DNA of 64,000 bases. Source: an uncultured delta proteobacterium. GTDB lineage: Bacteria; Desulfobacterota; Binatia; UBA9968. Below, in pieces: positions 33,986 to 44,492 of the stretch. The stretch is from positions 64,001 to 128,000 of the forward strand of contig CAVTUQ010000014.1 in assembly GCA_963737905.1 (NCBI GenBank). Reading direction: 5' to 3'. The translations under genes and the position numbers were made by a program. The notes under the pieces are model-generated. The model was not told the origin of the DNA. It was given only the letters and a program-made list of their open reading frames with translations, and did no database searches. Positions within the stretch are counted from its first letter, which is position 1. Every line of letters begins with the position of its first letter.

Positions 33986-34684
33986 ATGAATAAGAAAGTA
34001 TTTGGAACTGCCCTAGTCACCATCTTTTCCGCTCTTATCTTTAGCGAAGCCGTCGCCGGATCGATTACCGGAGAGGTCAAGTTTACCGATGATCCGCTTA
34101 CGATGCCGGCCATCAAAGTCAGTAAAGATCAAGATTATTGCGGCGAGACCCTGCCTAACGAGACCTACCTCGTTGGCTCGGAAGGTGGGCTCAAAAACGT
34201 CGTTGTATTCATTGAGACTGCAGCAAGCTACGCGGCAGGAGACCCGCAAAAGGAAAATATTCTTAGTAATACCGGTTGTCGTTACTCTCCCCGAATTCTA
34301 GCGATGCAAAAAGGAGAGAAACTCCAAGTAAAAAACAACGATCCAAAGCTGCACATACCTCACTCCTATCGCGAAGATAGGACCGTTTTCAACTTATCGT
34401 TGCCTTTCAAGGGCACCACGATCGACGCCACCCCAAGGATCAGACAAGCAGGAGTCCTCAAAGTCGTGTGCGATACACACGCGTGGATGCTGGCCTACAT
34501 TCATATCTTCGATCACCCCTATTTCGCCGTGACCGACGAGCGCGGAATGTTTACCATTTCCAACCTTGCCGCCGGCAGCTACGTCCTCAAGGCCTGGCAC
34601 GAAGACGCGGGAGTTAGAAGCCAAGAAATTACCGTCCCCGAAGATGGAGATGTCCGAACCGTTTTTGAGTTTACAAAGAGATAA
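33986..34684 (+). CDS. Secreted cupredoxin-like / carboxypeptidase-regulatory-like domain protein
   Basis: Signal peptide, NNDPKLH, CDTHAWM (C-x2-H-x2-M), HPYFAVTD..G.F.I. Confidence 0.75.
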   Translation: MNKKVFGTALVTIFSALIFSEAVAGSITGEVKFTDDPLTMPAIKVSKDQDYCGETLPNETYLVGSEGGLKNVVVFIETAASYAAGDPQKENILSNTGCRYSPRILAMQKGEKLQVKNNDPKLHIPHSYREDRTVFNLSLPFKGTTIDATPRIRQAGVLKVVCDTHAWMLAYIHIFDHPYFAVTDERGMFTISNLAAGSYVLKAWHEDAGVRSQEITVPEDGDVRTVFEFTKR

Positions 34685-34963
34685 TCAGGTCTTTCATAAT
34701 GGACTCGCAGATTAATGAGTATTCAGGAGCTTTGGTCCCAGATTACCTAGGAACTGTAGACAAAGTTGCCAGCCAGTAGACGGCGTCTACACCAATAAAT
34801 AATAATGCTTTTCAGATAGTTAGATGCATTTACTTGAAAGCTGACGCTGACGGTGAAGCATTCGGATGTTCATCATCTTGCGAGGACATTTTCTTAAGTT
34901 GGATCGTTAAAAAATAACTCCGTTACTTCAATAACTTATTGTAAATCAGAAAAATATGATCAA

Positions 34964-34980
34964 TTGGCATAACGGTTGCT
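34964..34980 (+). promoter_or_regulatory. Sigma54 (-24/-12) promoter
   Basis: TTGGCATAACGGTTGCT (GG-N10-GC), preceded by an IHF-like ttcaataactta and gtagac/gtctac dyads at about 34756-34790. Confidence 0.7.
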
Positions 34981-35053
34981 CAAGGGGAACTACAGATTCA
35001 CTACCGAAAGAGGACGAAAATGGGAAAAGTAATCGAGATTTTTTTACACGCCC

Positions 35054-35488
35054 ATGGGTGGAACTTCCATGGGCAGTGAAATGATTCTTTTCGTGGAGGA
35101 CGAAACGCAGCAGCTAAAGTACATGCAGCGGCTGCTTGAGCGAGAAGGGTACAGGGTGCTGGGGGCCCAAGACGGCATTGAGGCGGTGGAATTATATCGG
35201 CGTTACAGCAACGAGATCGATCTCGTTGTCCTGGACTTGAGACTGCCGAAGTTAAGCGGATGGGACGCCTTTCAGGAAATGAAAAGAGAGGATCCACAAC
35301 TGAAAGCACTCGTCGCCAGCGCCTATGTTACACCGGAAGTAAAATCGGCGATAGAAAGCGGAGAGCTGCTCGGTCTGTTTGTCAAACCCTATTCGATGGA
35401 GACTTTTCTCACGAGAATTTCGGACGCCATTCGCAAACCGTCTGAATTGCGCAAAGAGTGCAGTCGGGGATGGCGAGAGAGATCTTAG
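35054..35488 (+). CDS. Single-domain response regulator (receiver)
   Basis: ILFVEDE, VLDLRLP, ASAY, VKP. Confidence 0.85.
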   Translation: MGGTSMGSEMILFVEDETQQLKYMQRLLEREGYRVLGAQDGIEAVELYRRYSNEIDLVVLDLRLPKLSGWDAFQEMKREDPQLKALVASAYVTPEVKSAIESGELLGLFVKPYSMETFLTRISDAIRKPSELRKECSRGWRERS

Positions 35489-35508
35489 GGTGCCGCGGGC
35501 AGCTCACT

Positions 35509-35895
35509 CTAGCGACCTGCCACCCGCTGTATTAGCTCTCTTGTCACCTGATCGGCAAGCTGATTCAAAGCTGTCTGTGTGAGGTCGGTCCTGTGAGGAG
35601 ATTGGGTGACCTCGATTTCTCTGAGTTGGTCGTAGGACTCCATATCTTTCAGATGGACAACAGCCAGGATGCTTTCGGGATTTTCGCTCCTCCCCACGTC
35701 CTGAGTAACAAACGTTTCGAACCCTTTGCGCATCACAGTCGCCATCTCCGGTTCAAGAGAGAATAGAGACCTCGGATGGCCACATACGTGGTTATCACTG
35801 AGAAAACTTGCGCCCTTAGAGACTGATAGTCGGGCTTTTTCCCTCTTAGTGTAAAGAATCTTAGCACATTCGTTAGGCCACTGAGTGGCTACCAA
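35509..35895 (-). CDS. Hypothetical protein or fragment
   Basis: Open frame with no recognised domain; a GG-N10-GC element lies at 35901-35916. Confidence 0.25.
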   Translation of the reverse strand: MVATQWPNECAKILYTKREKARLSVSKGASFLSDNHVCGHPRSLFSLEPEMATVMRKGFETFVTQDVGRSENPESILAVVHLKDMESYDQLREIEVTQSPHRTDLTQTALNQLADQVTRELIQRVAGR

Positions 35896-36213
35896 GAGAT
35901 AGCAAGCGCGGGGCCGTTACAGATTCCAATGTGGAGCTATGTCAAGAACCGCAGAAACACCCAACCGTTCTATCGTGGCAGGTATAAGAATACCCGAAGC
36001 TATAGATAATGGTTGAACGATGGGTGATTTAGCCCGCGAATGTCACGGCCTATCCTGCAGAACGATCTAGCAGTAGATTCATCATTCAGCACTGTAAGAC
36101 ATTTCACAACTGGCGCGTGTTTCATTTGGGAGACCACAATCGAAATCCCTTGCACCAAAGCCTCTTCGACTCTTCACGTCCACGCATTCGAGTTTCTAAT
36201 GTTCCTCAGAATA

Positions 36214-36618
36214 TCAGATCGAAGGCGTCACAGCATTCACAGGAATGAGTGATTGATCGGTAAATTCCTCGATTGTCTCTTTTAATATCTGTGATGAGAC
36301 CGGTTTCAGTAAATACGTTTTGATACCCGCTTTCGAAGCCTTTTCCCGCCAAAGTTCAGACATCCACGCCGTAAGCGCGACGATAGGAATGTGAGAGGTT
36401 TTGGGATTCTGTTTAAGCAGCGCGCTTGTTTTGATTCCGTCAACGTCCGGCAGCTTCAAATCCATAAAAATGAGGGCCGGCTTCTCGGCCTTCGCAAATG
36501 CAATGGCGTCTTTGCTGTTCTGGGCCGTTATCACGTGATATCCGATTTTTGTTAGCAACAAACCCAGGATCTCGCGGCAGTCATGGTGATCTTCGACAAT
36601 GAGAATTTTCTTTTTCAT
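36214..36618 (-). CDS. Single-domain response regulator (DivK-like receiver)
   Basis: KILIVED, FMDLKLP, IPIVALTA, LKP. Confidence 0.88.
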   Translation of the reverse strand: MKKKILIVEDHHDCREILGLLLTKIGYHVITAQNSKDAIAFAKAEKPALIFMDLKLPDVDGIKTSALLKQNPKTSHIPIVALTAWMSELWREKASKAGIKTYLLKPVSSQILKETIEEFTDQSLIPVNAVTPSI

Positions 36619-36861
36619 GTACGTTCCATTTATATTTGCGGCTGCTGTTCCATTATTCAGGAATGCTGAACATAAAACCGTTTTAGGAAATAGCACAAGA
36701 TTCGTCTGATGGGAAGGGAATTCGAGCCCTTTACCCGTCCTGGCCAGTTGTCTTTGCCACCTGCTCTTCTTGCGCCGGCAATCCTAGCCGTGAATAGCCC
36801 GCCGGCTCTTGGAGAGCCGCGCGAAATCGTATACTTTCATGGGCTCGATGACATATACAGT

Positions 36862-38748
36862 ATGGACGCAGCGCACACGTTTCTACCGCTTCTGATCGTC
36901 TTATTGATCGCTTTTGTCGTGCCGATCTTACTATCGCGGCTAAAGCGCGTGTCGATTCCAATCGTTGTCGGCGAAATCCTTGCGGGGATGGTAGTAGGTC
37001 GCAGCGGCATCGCGGTGGTCCCGCCGGGCGATCCGCTGCTAATCATGCTCGCCGATTTTGGCATCGTATTCTTGATGTTCTTGTCTGGAATGGAGATCGA
37101 TTTTCACAGCCTGCGCTCCCGCGTGCCGTCAACCGATCCCCGCGGCGGCCGCGGCCTCGGCGTATTACCCATCGCATTGTTACATTTCGGGCTCACCTTG
37201 GTGCTGGCCGGCGCCGCGGCCTACGTTTTGGTCCGCTTCGGATTGGCTAACAATATTTGGATCGTCGCTCTTATCTTGTCGACGACCTCGCTGGGTGTCG
37301 TCGTTCCGGTACTCAAGGAGGCCAATCTCATCACCCAACGCCTTGGCCAGTGTATCTTGGTGACCGCCGTCATCGCCGACTTCGTGACCATGCTCCTGAT
37401 CACCGTCGCGGTGGCGATTCTTTCCCATGGACTGACTTCCGACATTTTGCTCATCGTCTTGCTGTTCGTGGCCTTTGTCTTGATGTATCGCTTCGGCACG
37501 ATCTTCAACAAAGTCCCGGCGTTGCGGCGCACCATCGAAGAACTGAGCCACGCCACCGCCCAGATCAAAGTGCGCGCGGCGTTTACCGTTATGCTCGCCT
37601 TTATCGCGCTCTCCGAGACGCTGGGCTCCGAAGTCATACTCGGCGCCTTTTTGGCCGGCGCGACAATCGGCCTCTTGCGCACCGTGCAGGATGCTGAGCT
37701 CGCCCATCAACTGGAAGCGATCGGTTACGGGTTTTTCATACCGATATTTTTCGTCAAAGTCGGTGTCGAGTTCAATTTGCCGGTCCTTTTGGCGTCGCCG
37801 GGTGCTCTGCTGTTGGTTCCCTTTCTCCTGATGGGCGCAATTCTGGTAAAAGTGATTCCGGCGCTGACCTTCGTGGTAAATTTTTCGCTCCGGGAATCCC
37901 TGGCGGCCGGCATCATACTGTCGGCACGTTTATCGCTGATCATCGCCGCCGCAGCTATCGGCAAGCGCCTCGGCGTGATCGGCGAATCGGTGAATGCGGC
38001 GATTATTCTGGTCGCAGTCGTCACGGTCACGGTGGCCCCGTTGATTTTCGTCCGACTGATACCGGGCACCCGACGCTCCCAACTCCGGCGCATCATCGTC
38101 GCCGGCGCCGAAGAGTTGGGGTTGGAGGTGGCGGCGCGGCTCAAAGCCCACCTCGAACCGCTCTTGCTGGTCGATATGGACGCGGAGCGGATCGCGCGCG
38201 CGTCGAGCAAAGGCTTCGATGCTTTGTGTTGTTCCGTCGAACACGAAGACCGGCATATGAGAACCGTTTGCGAATCCTCGCGCGCGTTGGTGTGCACCTA
38301 CGAGGATCCTGAGTTGGCCTATCGCGTGTGCGAGTTAGCCAAGAATGTTTACAAGGTTCCCCATGTCGTCGCTCAGGTGACCGATCCGAGCGCGCGAGAC
38401 CGCTTTGACTCTCTTGGGATTACGACCATGAATGCCGCTCTCGATGGACCTGCGCTGCTAACTCTGCTCACGCGCACGCCGGCCCTTTACGCCTTGCTTT
38501 CGCGCACCGACGACGACAAAGAAGTGTGCGAAGTCGTGGTGACGAATACCCGAGACTTGGACAAGCCGTTGCGGCAATTGGAGCTTTCCGGTGGATTGCT
38601 GGCCTTGGCGATCCGAAGGGACGGCGAGCTGTTGGTGCCGCACGGCAACACCAGGCTCTGCCGCAACGATCGATTGACGTTGGTGGGCTCCATCGAAGAT
38701 ATCGAGCTTGCCAAGCAACGGTTCGCTGAACGCGAGGAGAGCAAATAA
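36862..38748 (+). CDS. CPA2 monovalent cation:proton antiporter with TrkA-N/TrkA-C domains
   Basis: About 12 TM segments, LSTTSLG, IAD, LGAFLAG, FFIPIFF; C-terminal VAGA, AIRRDG..VPHGNT. Confidence 0.9.
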   Translation: MDAAHTFLPLLIVLLIAFVVPILLSRLKRVSIPIVVGEILAGMVVGRSGIAVVPPGDPLLIMLADFGIVFLMFLSGMEIDFHSLRSRVPSTDPRGGRGLGVLPIALLHFGLTLVLAGAAAYVLVRFGLANNIWIVALILSTTSLGVVVPVLKEANLITQRLGQCILVTAVIADFVTMLLITVAVAILSHGLTSDILLIVLLFVAFVLMYRFGTIFNKVPALRRTIEELSHATAQIKVRAAFTVMLAFIALSETLGSEVILGAFLAGATIGLLRTVQDAELAHQLEAIGYGFFIPIFFVKVGVEFNLPVLLASPGALLLVPFLLMGAILVKVIPALTFVVNFSLRESLAAGIILSARLSLIIAAAAIGKRLGVIGESVNAAIILVAVVTVTVAPLIFVRLIPGTRRSQLRRIIVAGAEELGLEVAARLKAHLEPLLLVDMDAERIARASSKGFDALCCSVEHEDRHMRTVCESSRALVCTYEDPELAYRVCELAKNVYKVPHVVAQVTDPSARDRFDSLGITTMNAALDGPALLTLLTRTPALYALLSRTDDDKEVCEVVVTNTRDLDKPLRQLELSGGLLALAIRRDGELLVPHGNTRLCRNDRLTLVGSIEDIELAKQRFAEREESK

Positions 38749-38952
38749 TCCGCCTGACGGTTGGAGAACAGTCGGTCTCGAAAATATTTCGCTTATCTCC
38801 GACACGGCGGAATGCAGCTCCGCGGTGAAATTATTTGCGACAAGCATTGGGAACCTGTGGGCTTTGCTCACTTCAGACAAGTTTGACACGAAATAACGCG
38901 CCTCGATCCAGGCTGTTGTGGTTGTTTTGGAATTCAGAGTATAGAGAAAGAA

Positions 38953-40089
38953 ATGAGTACCGGCATGAAATCTTCGATGCCAAGACAGGCGGCAATTGCG
39001 ATCAATGATCTTTTGGATGCTTGTGCTGAAATCAAACCCGGCCAGCAAGTATTAATTGTTGCGGCATCAGACGGGCTAACTGGGGGACATAATCTTGTCG
39101 ACGAAGCGACCATTGCCTGGATTCAGGCGGCTGTGCAACAGCGCAGAGCCTATCCCTCCGTGTTGTGGGTCGATGTTCCAAGTCGGGTTCATGAATGGCG
39201 AGTTCCGCCGATAGTTAAAGCCGCGTTGGGCGGTACGGATGTGATGATAAATCACGCTTTTGACTTGCCCTTTGAAGAGCTGTACGAGTTCCGTGACGTG
39301 GTTGCCGAAAATCACGTAGTGATGGTCCGAAACATGGCGACCACGGTAAATTTGCTTGCAAGCGATTGGGCTCAAACCCCCTATGAGTTGGTTTCGGCAA
39401 TTCGGATTCGCACCGCTCAGACATTTTCGGAAGGACTCCCATGGCTTTTGACTCATCCGAATGGCACGCATTTGACCGGCAAAATTAGTCCCCCCATACC
39501 GCCTGGGAGGCGCTACGCGGACCGACGGACCGAGGGATTCTATCGTCCCTTCCCCGAGGGCGTATTTAGCCCCATTAACCTGTTGGAAACCGACGGCACT
39601 TTGGTGTTCGACAAAACGTCTCCATGGTGGGCTCGTTATATCGGCGTACCTTGCCATTTTGAGCACCCCGTCCGCTTGACTGTGAAAAAGAATCGCATTC
39701 AAAAGTTTGCCGGTGGTAGCGAAGCGAAGGCGATGGAACGATTCATAGCCGGTATGGCCGAGCGAGTGGGCGAGACGATGTACGACACTTTTGCCCTGCA
39801 CGGTGGGGTCCATCCCCAGGCGAAGATCGCGTCTCACCAATGTTCCAACGATTTTTATCGGGAGTTCATCGAGCATCACCATTCAAGTAACTTACATCTT
39901 CACCTCGGGGTCGTTCCCCCCCAGCACCGAGCCAAGTATCCCTATTTCGTCCACGTAACGGGAGATCTGCAGGGCGCAACTTTACAGGTGGGCGAGCAAA
40001 TCGTCTATCAAGATGGCGGATTAAAGACTCTGGATTTCGACGAGATCAAGTCGATTGCAGCGCGTTATCCCGATAGGCCTGGCCTATAA
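38953..40089 (+). CDS. M29 aminopeptidase-fold / NicX-like metalloenzyme of unknown function
   Basis: IKPGQQVLIV, NGTHL, FPEG.F.P, DGTLVFD, HGGVHP, HHHSSNLHLH, HVTGD. Confidence 0.55.
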   Translation: MSTGMKSSMPRQAAIAINDLLDACAEIKPGQQVLIVAASDGLTGGHNLVDEATIAWIQAAVQQRRAYPSVLWVDVPSRVHEWRVPPIVKAALGGTDVMINHAFDLPFEELYEFRDVVAENHVVMVRNMATTVNLLASDWAQTPYELVSAIRIRTAQTFSEGLPWLLTHPNGTHLTGKISPPIPPGRRYADRRTEGFYRPFPEGVFSPINLLETDGTLVFDKTSPWWARYIGVPCHFEHPVRLTVKKNRIQKFAGGSEAKAMERFIAGMAERVGETMYDTFALHGGVHPQAKIASHQCSNDFYREFIEHHHSSNLHLHLGVVPPQHRAKYPYFVHVTGDLQGATLQVGEQIVYQDGGLKTLDFDEIKSIAARYPDRPGL

Positions 40090-40092
40090 CGA

Positions 40093-41175
40093 ATGGAGCA
40101 AAAAAATCTTTCATTACCACGATGTCAACGCGATTCATCAACGAAGAGAGGGATTAGCATGCAGTTTTCAATTTGCATTCTGAAGATGGAATGGCTCCGT
40201 CCCAACCGGCTGGTCGTGCCCGCAATGATAGTTTTGTTCTGTTTGTTAATCCCTTGGCCGTCGGGTGCCATGGAAAAGGTGATCATCTCTCATTCCGTGC
40301 AATTGTCGGCCACGGTCGCGCCCCTTTTTTATGGAATCCATCGGGGTTTCTTCAAAGATGAGAATATCGATCTCGAATACCGCATTCTAAAGACCGAGCT
40401 TGGCGTGACGGCGATGCTTAACGGTGAAGTGGATTATGTCTACAGCGCCGGAACCGGGATTAGGGCAGCCATGAGAGGTATTCCGATCCGCGTTCTGTCA
40501 TTTGATTTGGACAGACTCACTCACTACCTCATGGGTCGCCCAGAAATTAGATCGGGGGCCGATTTAAAAGGTAAGATCGTGGGAGTAAGCTCGTTCGGGG
40601 CCTCGGCCGATATATCCGCCAGGGCCTGCTTGAGGTCATTGGGTGTAGACTTGAAAAACGATGTGACCATTGTCTCCATGGGGTCGGCATCGATCCGCTA
40701 TAAAGCGCTCAAGAATGGATCGGTTGCGGCTATTCCGGTCCCGCTGCCAGAAAATATTCCTATAAAGAAAGAAGGATTCAATGAGCTGTGCTACGCGGGG
40801 CGGCTTTTTAAAGGAGCCGTTTCAGGTCTCGTAGCTTCGACTCAAAAAATGCAAAACAAGCCCGAACAGGTCAAGGGAATGCTCCGGGGGCTTCTCAAGA
40901 CCTCGCGATCCTTATCGAAAGAGAAGAGCCAGTTTGTGGACTTTCTCGTCTCTCGTATCAAACTTGAGCGTGACGCCGCGGAAGAAACAGCCACCGTATT
41001 GATCGAAAGTCAGACCACGGACGGCATGATTCAGGGAGATGATCTTCAGGCCGTCATCGACGCGGAGAGGCGAATCGCTGAAATAAGAAAACCAATTAAG
41101 CCGTCCGATGTAGTCGACTACAGCTTACTTCGAGGGATTCTCGGCGAGGAGAAGAGCGCCGCGGGTTCGAGATAA
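40093..41175 (+). CDS. ABC substrate-binding protein, NMT1/SsuA-like (start probably downstream)
   Basis: GFFKDENIDLE, AMLNGEVDY, DLKGKIVGVSSFGAS, VDYSLL. Confidence 0.85.
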   Translation: MEQKNLSLPRCQRDSSTKRGISMQFSICILKMEWLRPNRLVVPAMIVLFCLLIPWPSGAMEKVIISHSVQLSATVAPLFYGIHRGFFKDENIDLEYRILKTELGVTAMLNGEVDYVYSAGTGIRAAMRGIPIRVLSFDLDRLTHYLMGRPEIRSGADLKGKIVGVSSFGASADISARACLRSLGVDLKNDVTIVSMGSASIRYKALKNGSVAAIPVPLPENIPIKKEGFNELCYAGRLFKGAVSGLVASTQKMQNKPEQVKGMLRGLLKTSRSLSKEKSQFVDFLVSRIKLERDAAEETATVLIESQTTDGMIQGDDLQAVIDAERRIAEIRKPIKPSDVVDYSLLRGILGEEKSAAGSR

Positions 41176-41202
41176 CCCGCAGCGGATTCAAGGCCCTGAC
41201 TG

Positions 41203-41931
41203 TCAGACCGCTCGGAGCGTGTACGCACTAGCGGCGCGGTAGGCGCAATCTATCTTGTAAGATGCTGCCGCGCCTTCCAAAGCTGTGCGGTAGGCGGCTG
41301 CATCCGTGATATGGGGAACAATCGCTTCCCATATTGAATCTGCATGATCGACATCTGCTTCGACGTGAACATTGGTGGACGCCAAGCGGTCGCGCTTCAC
41401 GCCTGCTTCGTTGATCAACTTGTCGCGCCATCGCTTGGAGACTCCCCCGCCCGGAACAATATGATCGCTGTTACGCCTTTCAAGAGCATGAAACGCCGTC
41501 AATACACCGAGCCAGGGAAAAGTCGCCGCGATATGCAGCCATCCGTAAAACGCAGATACGATTAGGGGAGGCAATTCATACAGCCTGACGTTTTCCCCCG
41601 TTATTCCGAAAGCGGCGGCTTCTTTAAGCTGTAAAGTTTGATGATCGGAGCCACCCCGAGGGTCGAACGAAAGTTCATCCTTCTCGTGTTCCCAGATGGT
41701 TTTTTTGATCTCGTAGGGCGAGCGCGCCTGCACGTAGCCCCAACAGTCACGTCGATTGACGCCGTAATAGATAGTCAGAATCGCGTTGATGCGCGCCCGC
41801 TCTAGGGTCAAAGGTGTCGAGTAAAGGAGCTGAAATTCCGGAGTTTCGTGCTGCGCAATGGCCATCGTCGTAAGCTCCCGATCCAATTCAACGGCGAGCC
41901 CGCTCTTCACGGTTCGAGTAGACCTAAGCAT
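41203..41931 (-). CDS. Heme-oxygenase-like diiron enzyme (CADD/PqqC/TenA superfamily)
   Basis: HEKDE..DH, ALERR, VHVEADVDH metal-ligand pattern. Confidence 0.7.
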   Translation of the reverse strand: MLRSTRTVKSGLAVELDRELTTMAIAQHETPEFQLLYSTPLTLERARINAILTIYYGVNRRDCWGYVQARSPYEIKKTIWEHEKDELSFDPRGGSDHQTLQLKEAAAFGITGENVRLYELPPLIVSAFYGWLHIAATFPWLGVLTAFHALERRNSDHIVPGGGVSKRWRDKLINEAGVKRDRLASTNVHVEADVDHADSIWEAIVPHITDAAAYRTALEGAAASYKIDCAYRAASAYTLRAV

Positions 41932-42095
41932 GAAAATTCTCCTGTCGACAATCTAACTAAACATACGCGACTCGTATTGTGGCGTGTCTCATGACACTGG
42001 CGGAATCTTTTATCTCATCTGAAACTGCTCTTCTTTTGTATCTAGCAACCTGCACTATGTCAAAGCCTCCCAGTCGAAGCGTCGCGCGTTGGAAC

Positions 42096-42112
42096 TTGGC
42101 ACTCCGGCAGCT
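42096..42112 (+). promoter_or_regulatory. Possible sigma54 promoter
   Basis: TTGGCACTCCGGCAGCT, GG-N10-GC with a weak -12 box. Confidence 0.35.
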
Positions 42113-42276
42113 TTTTATAAAAGCGTTGCTAATCGTGCGTATCCACCCTACTCCGATACTTAGTCTGTCCAGTTCGGATGTCGCCCTAGTCCAACTGAAA
42201 TCTAGAGCTTTCGATCAAGCTATCAAACATGCTATAGGGAAGCGTTTTCAATGGTCGGAGTTCTACAAGGGCGGCT

Positions 42277-42630
42277 ATGCCAAAAAAGATCCTCGTGGTT
42301 GATAACGAACTTCACAGTCGGAAACTCATTGCTCATTTCTTGAACGAGGAAAGCTACGAGGTGGACGAAGCCGACGATGGTGTAAGCGCGCTCGAGTTAC
42401 TGGCAACGAAGGACTTTGATCTCATGATTTGCGATGTGGTAATGCCTCGCCTTAGCGCATTCGAAGTCATCCATCGCATGAAGTCGCGGTTGCTATCGAC
42501 TTCAATCATACTCATCACAGGTCATCCCTATTTGCTTGCAGAACAAGGGCTCGGAGCCTTACCGTGTTTTACGAAGCCTTTTAACATGTATGATCTGTTA
42601 CACAAGGTAAAAGAAATATTAAGTAAATGA
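42277..42630 (+). CDS. Single-domain response regulator (receiver)
   Basis: KILVVDNE, ICDVVMP, ILITG, TKPF. Confidence 0.85.
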   Translation: MPKKILVVDNELHSRKLIAHFLNEESYEVDEADDGVSALELLATKDFDLMICDVVMPRLSAFEVIHRMKSRLLSTSIILITGHPYLLAEQGLGALPCFTKPFNMYDLLHKVKEILSK

Positions 42631-42824
42631 ATCCTTGTCATCGACAAAGGGCGACGCGAAAAATAATTACCTAAGGCTATTCTAGGTGGATCGCTGGGAT
42701 GTCCCCATTCGCTAGGGAAGCCGATTCTCATTTGCTTGCCGTGTGGCGCCGCATTTGGCGCATGGGTTGTCCTCAAAAAACCTTTTTGGGACACCGGTAT
42801 TTACCGGTCTAGGTTTTGACTCTC

Positions 42825-43028
42825 TCATCTGGGCGTGGCGCGGGAGAGCTTCCATAGCCAGAGGCTCAAGCCACCTAATATTACGAACGCAAGCACGCTT
42901 GGCCAGAGCGGCATCTGGTGTCCAGCAACAAGCACCTCGGGTTGTATCACCAAGCGCAACAACTGCGCTAAGCTCATCAGTCCGAAAATGATGCTTGCGA
43001 CTCGCAATCCCAGGATTTGTGAGTTCAT
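42825..43028 (-). CDS. Small two-TM membrane protein
   Basis: 67 aa, two hydrophobic helices, AGGAG RBS. Confidence 0.65.
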   Translation of the reverse strand: MNSQILGLRVASIIFGLMSLAQLLRLVIQPEVLVAGHQMPLWPSVLAFVILGGLSLWLWKLSRATPR

Positions 43029-44492
43029 GCTCCTGTCCTTTCGCTTGTTTCGAGGACGTGCAGTCGTCGCCTAACCACCGCCTCCCGGACCCCGCCCGGC
43101 ATGTGGTCCCCGCAGGCCCGTCGCCGGAGGTCCATTGTCGATTTGGTGCTCCCCCGAACGACTAGAGTCGAGAGCCAGCAGACCAATCCGCGAGAGCGAT
43201 TCCCGTCGTAATCATAGGTATTGAAGGATGTTCGGAAAACCAAACGTGTCCTGAAACCACTTGATGAAAAAGAAGCAAACCTCTTGTAAGAACTAGAAGC
43301 CGATACTAAGAAAAGGCGTTATATGAATGAGTTTTTATTGCTTGCCGTAATACTGATCTATGTCGCCATTCGTTACTGACCGACGCCCAACCCTGGCAAT
43401 GCTTCGCGCCATAGCTGACCCACAACATCCTGGGCGTCTTTGCAGCGTCCTCACCTTGGCCGCACAAGAAACCGCCCTCTCGTGCGGCCGCCGGTGTCAC
43501 GCTTTCCTAGATTTTAGCTTGAGGAATGTTTCTCCTAAAGCCTAATTGCCCGACCGAAATTCACAACAATCGGTCAGGCAGCTTGGTCGTCAGCTAATTC
43601 AACTTACTTTTGTGAGGAACTTGGTACCATTTCGCAAGACGTAGCCGCTGTTGAAAATAAGTACCCTTGGGCCACTTCCAGTTCTGGCGCGGCAGATGCT
43701 CGCCGCGGTAAGCTGCTCCGTTCACTTTGCTCTGTAAAAACACGAGCTGCCAAAAGCTAGGTTTTTCCAAATTCCTTTCATGGGTTTTCATTTGCTTTCT
43801 CCTTTCAGCCAACTCCATTGATGAGGGACTTCAGGCAGTAGACCATGGCAACGCCGATGCCATTAGGCAATTAGCAAGCTTTTGGAAGGTTTTGGAGCTT
43901 CTGGTTAGACAGGGACGCTCAAAGGTTTGCGCGTGAAGGATTCTCCTACATCGCCTGAGAGTAAAGTTAAGACACTCCACCGAGCCGATGTAAGCACACC
44001 TCATTCGCGAATTGCCGCAACCGCAAGCCAGAGGCTTTGTGAATCCAAAACCTTGGAGGCTCGGCGATACAGACAGTTTTTCAGTTTTTCTGGGGCAACT
44101 AAGATCTAAGATTTGCAAGGGGGGAGAAAACGAGAGAAGACGCACGCCCTTTAGGCTGATGAGGACTCAGCCAGAGGCTGATCAGCCGTCGGCTGAGACC
44201 GGTGCGGACCAATCCGACACCGATTGATTAAGACAGGGGCGCGTAACTAAAGATTACGGACCAGGCGAGTTGAAAGAGAGGAAGGAATTTATTTCTTACG
44301 AAGCATCGTTGCTTCTCGACCTGCCTTTAATGGGCGATCCCCTGTGCTCGCTTTCACAAATGAAAAGTAGCCTCTCCCCTTTATTCCCCTCTGGCCATTC
44401 ACCATGGTTACTAGGGGCATAAAGTATAGACTCAGGCCTGAACATCCCGCTGGGAATTTCAAGCGGATGATGGTTCGATTACGTGCTCTGAC

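Noticed and set aside
43025-44480. Short ORFs (43025..43243, 43594..43818, 43831..44145)
   Set aside because: No recognisable motifs; probably decayed fragments
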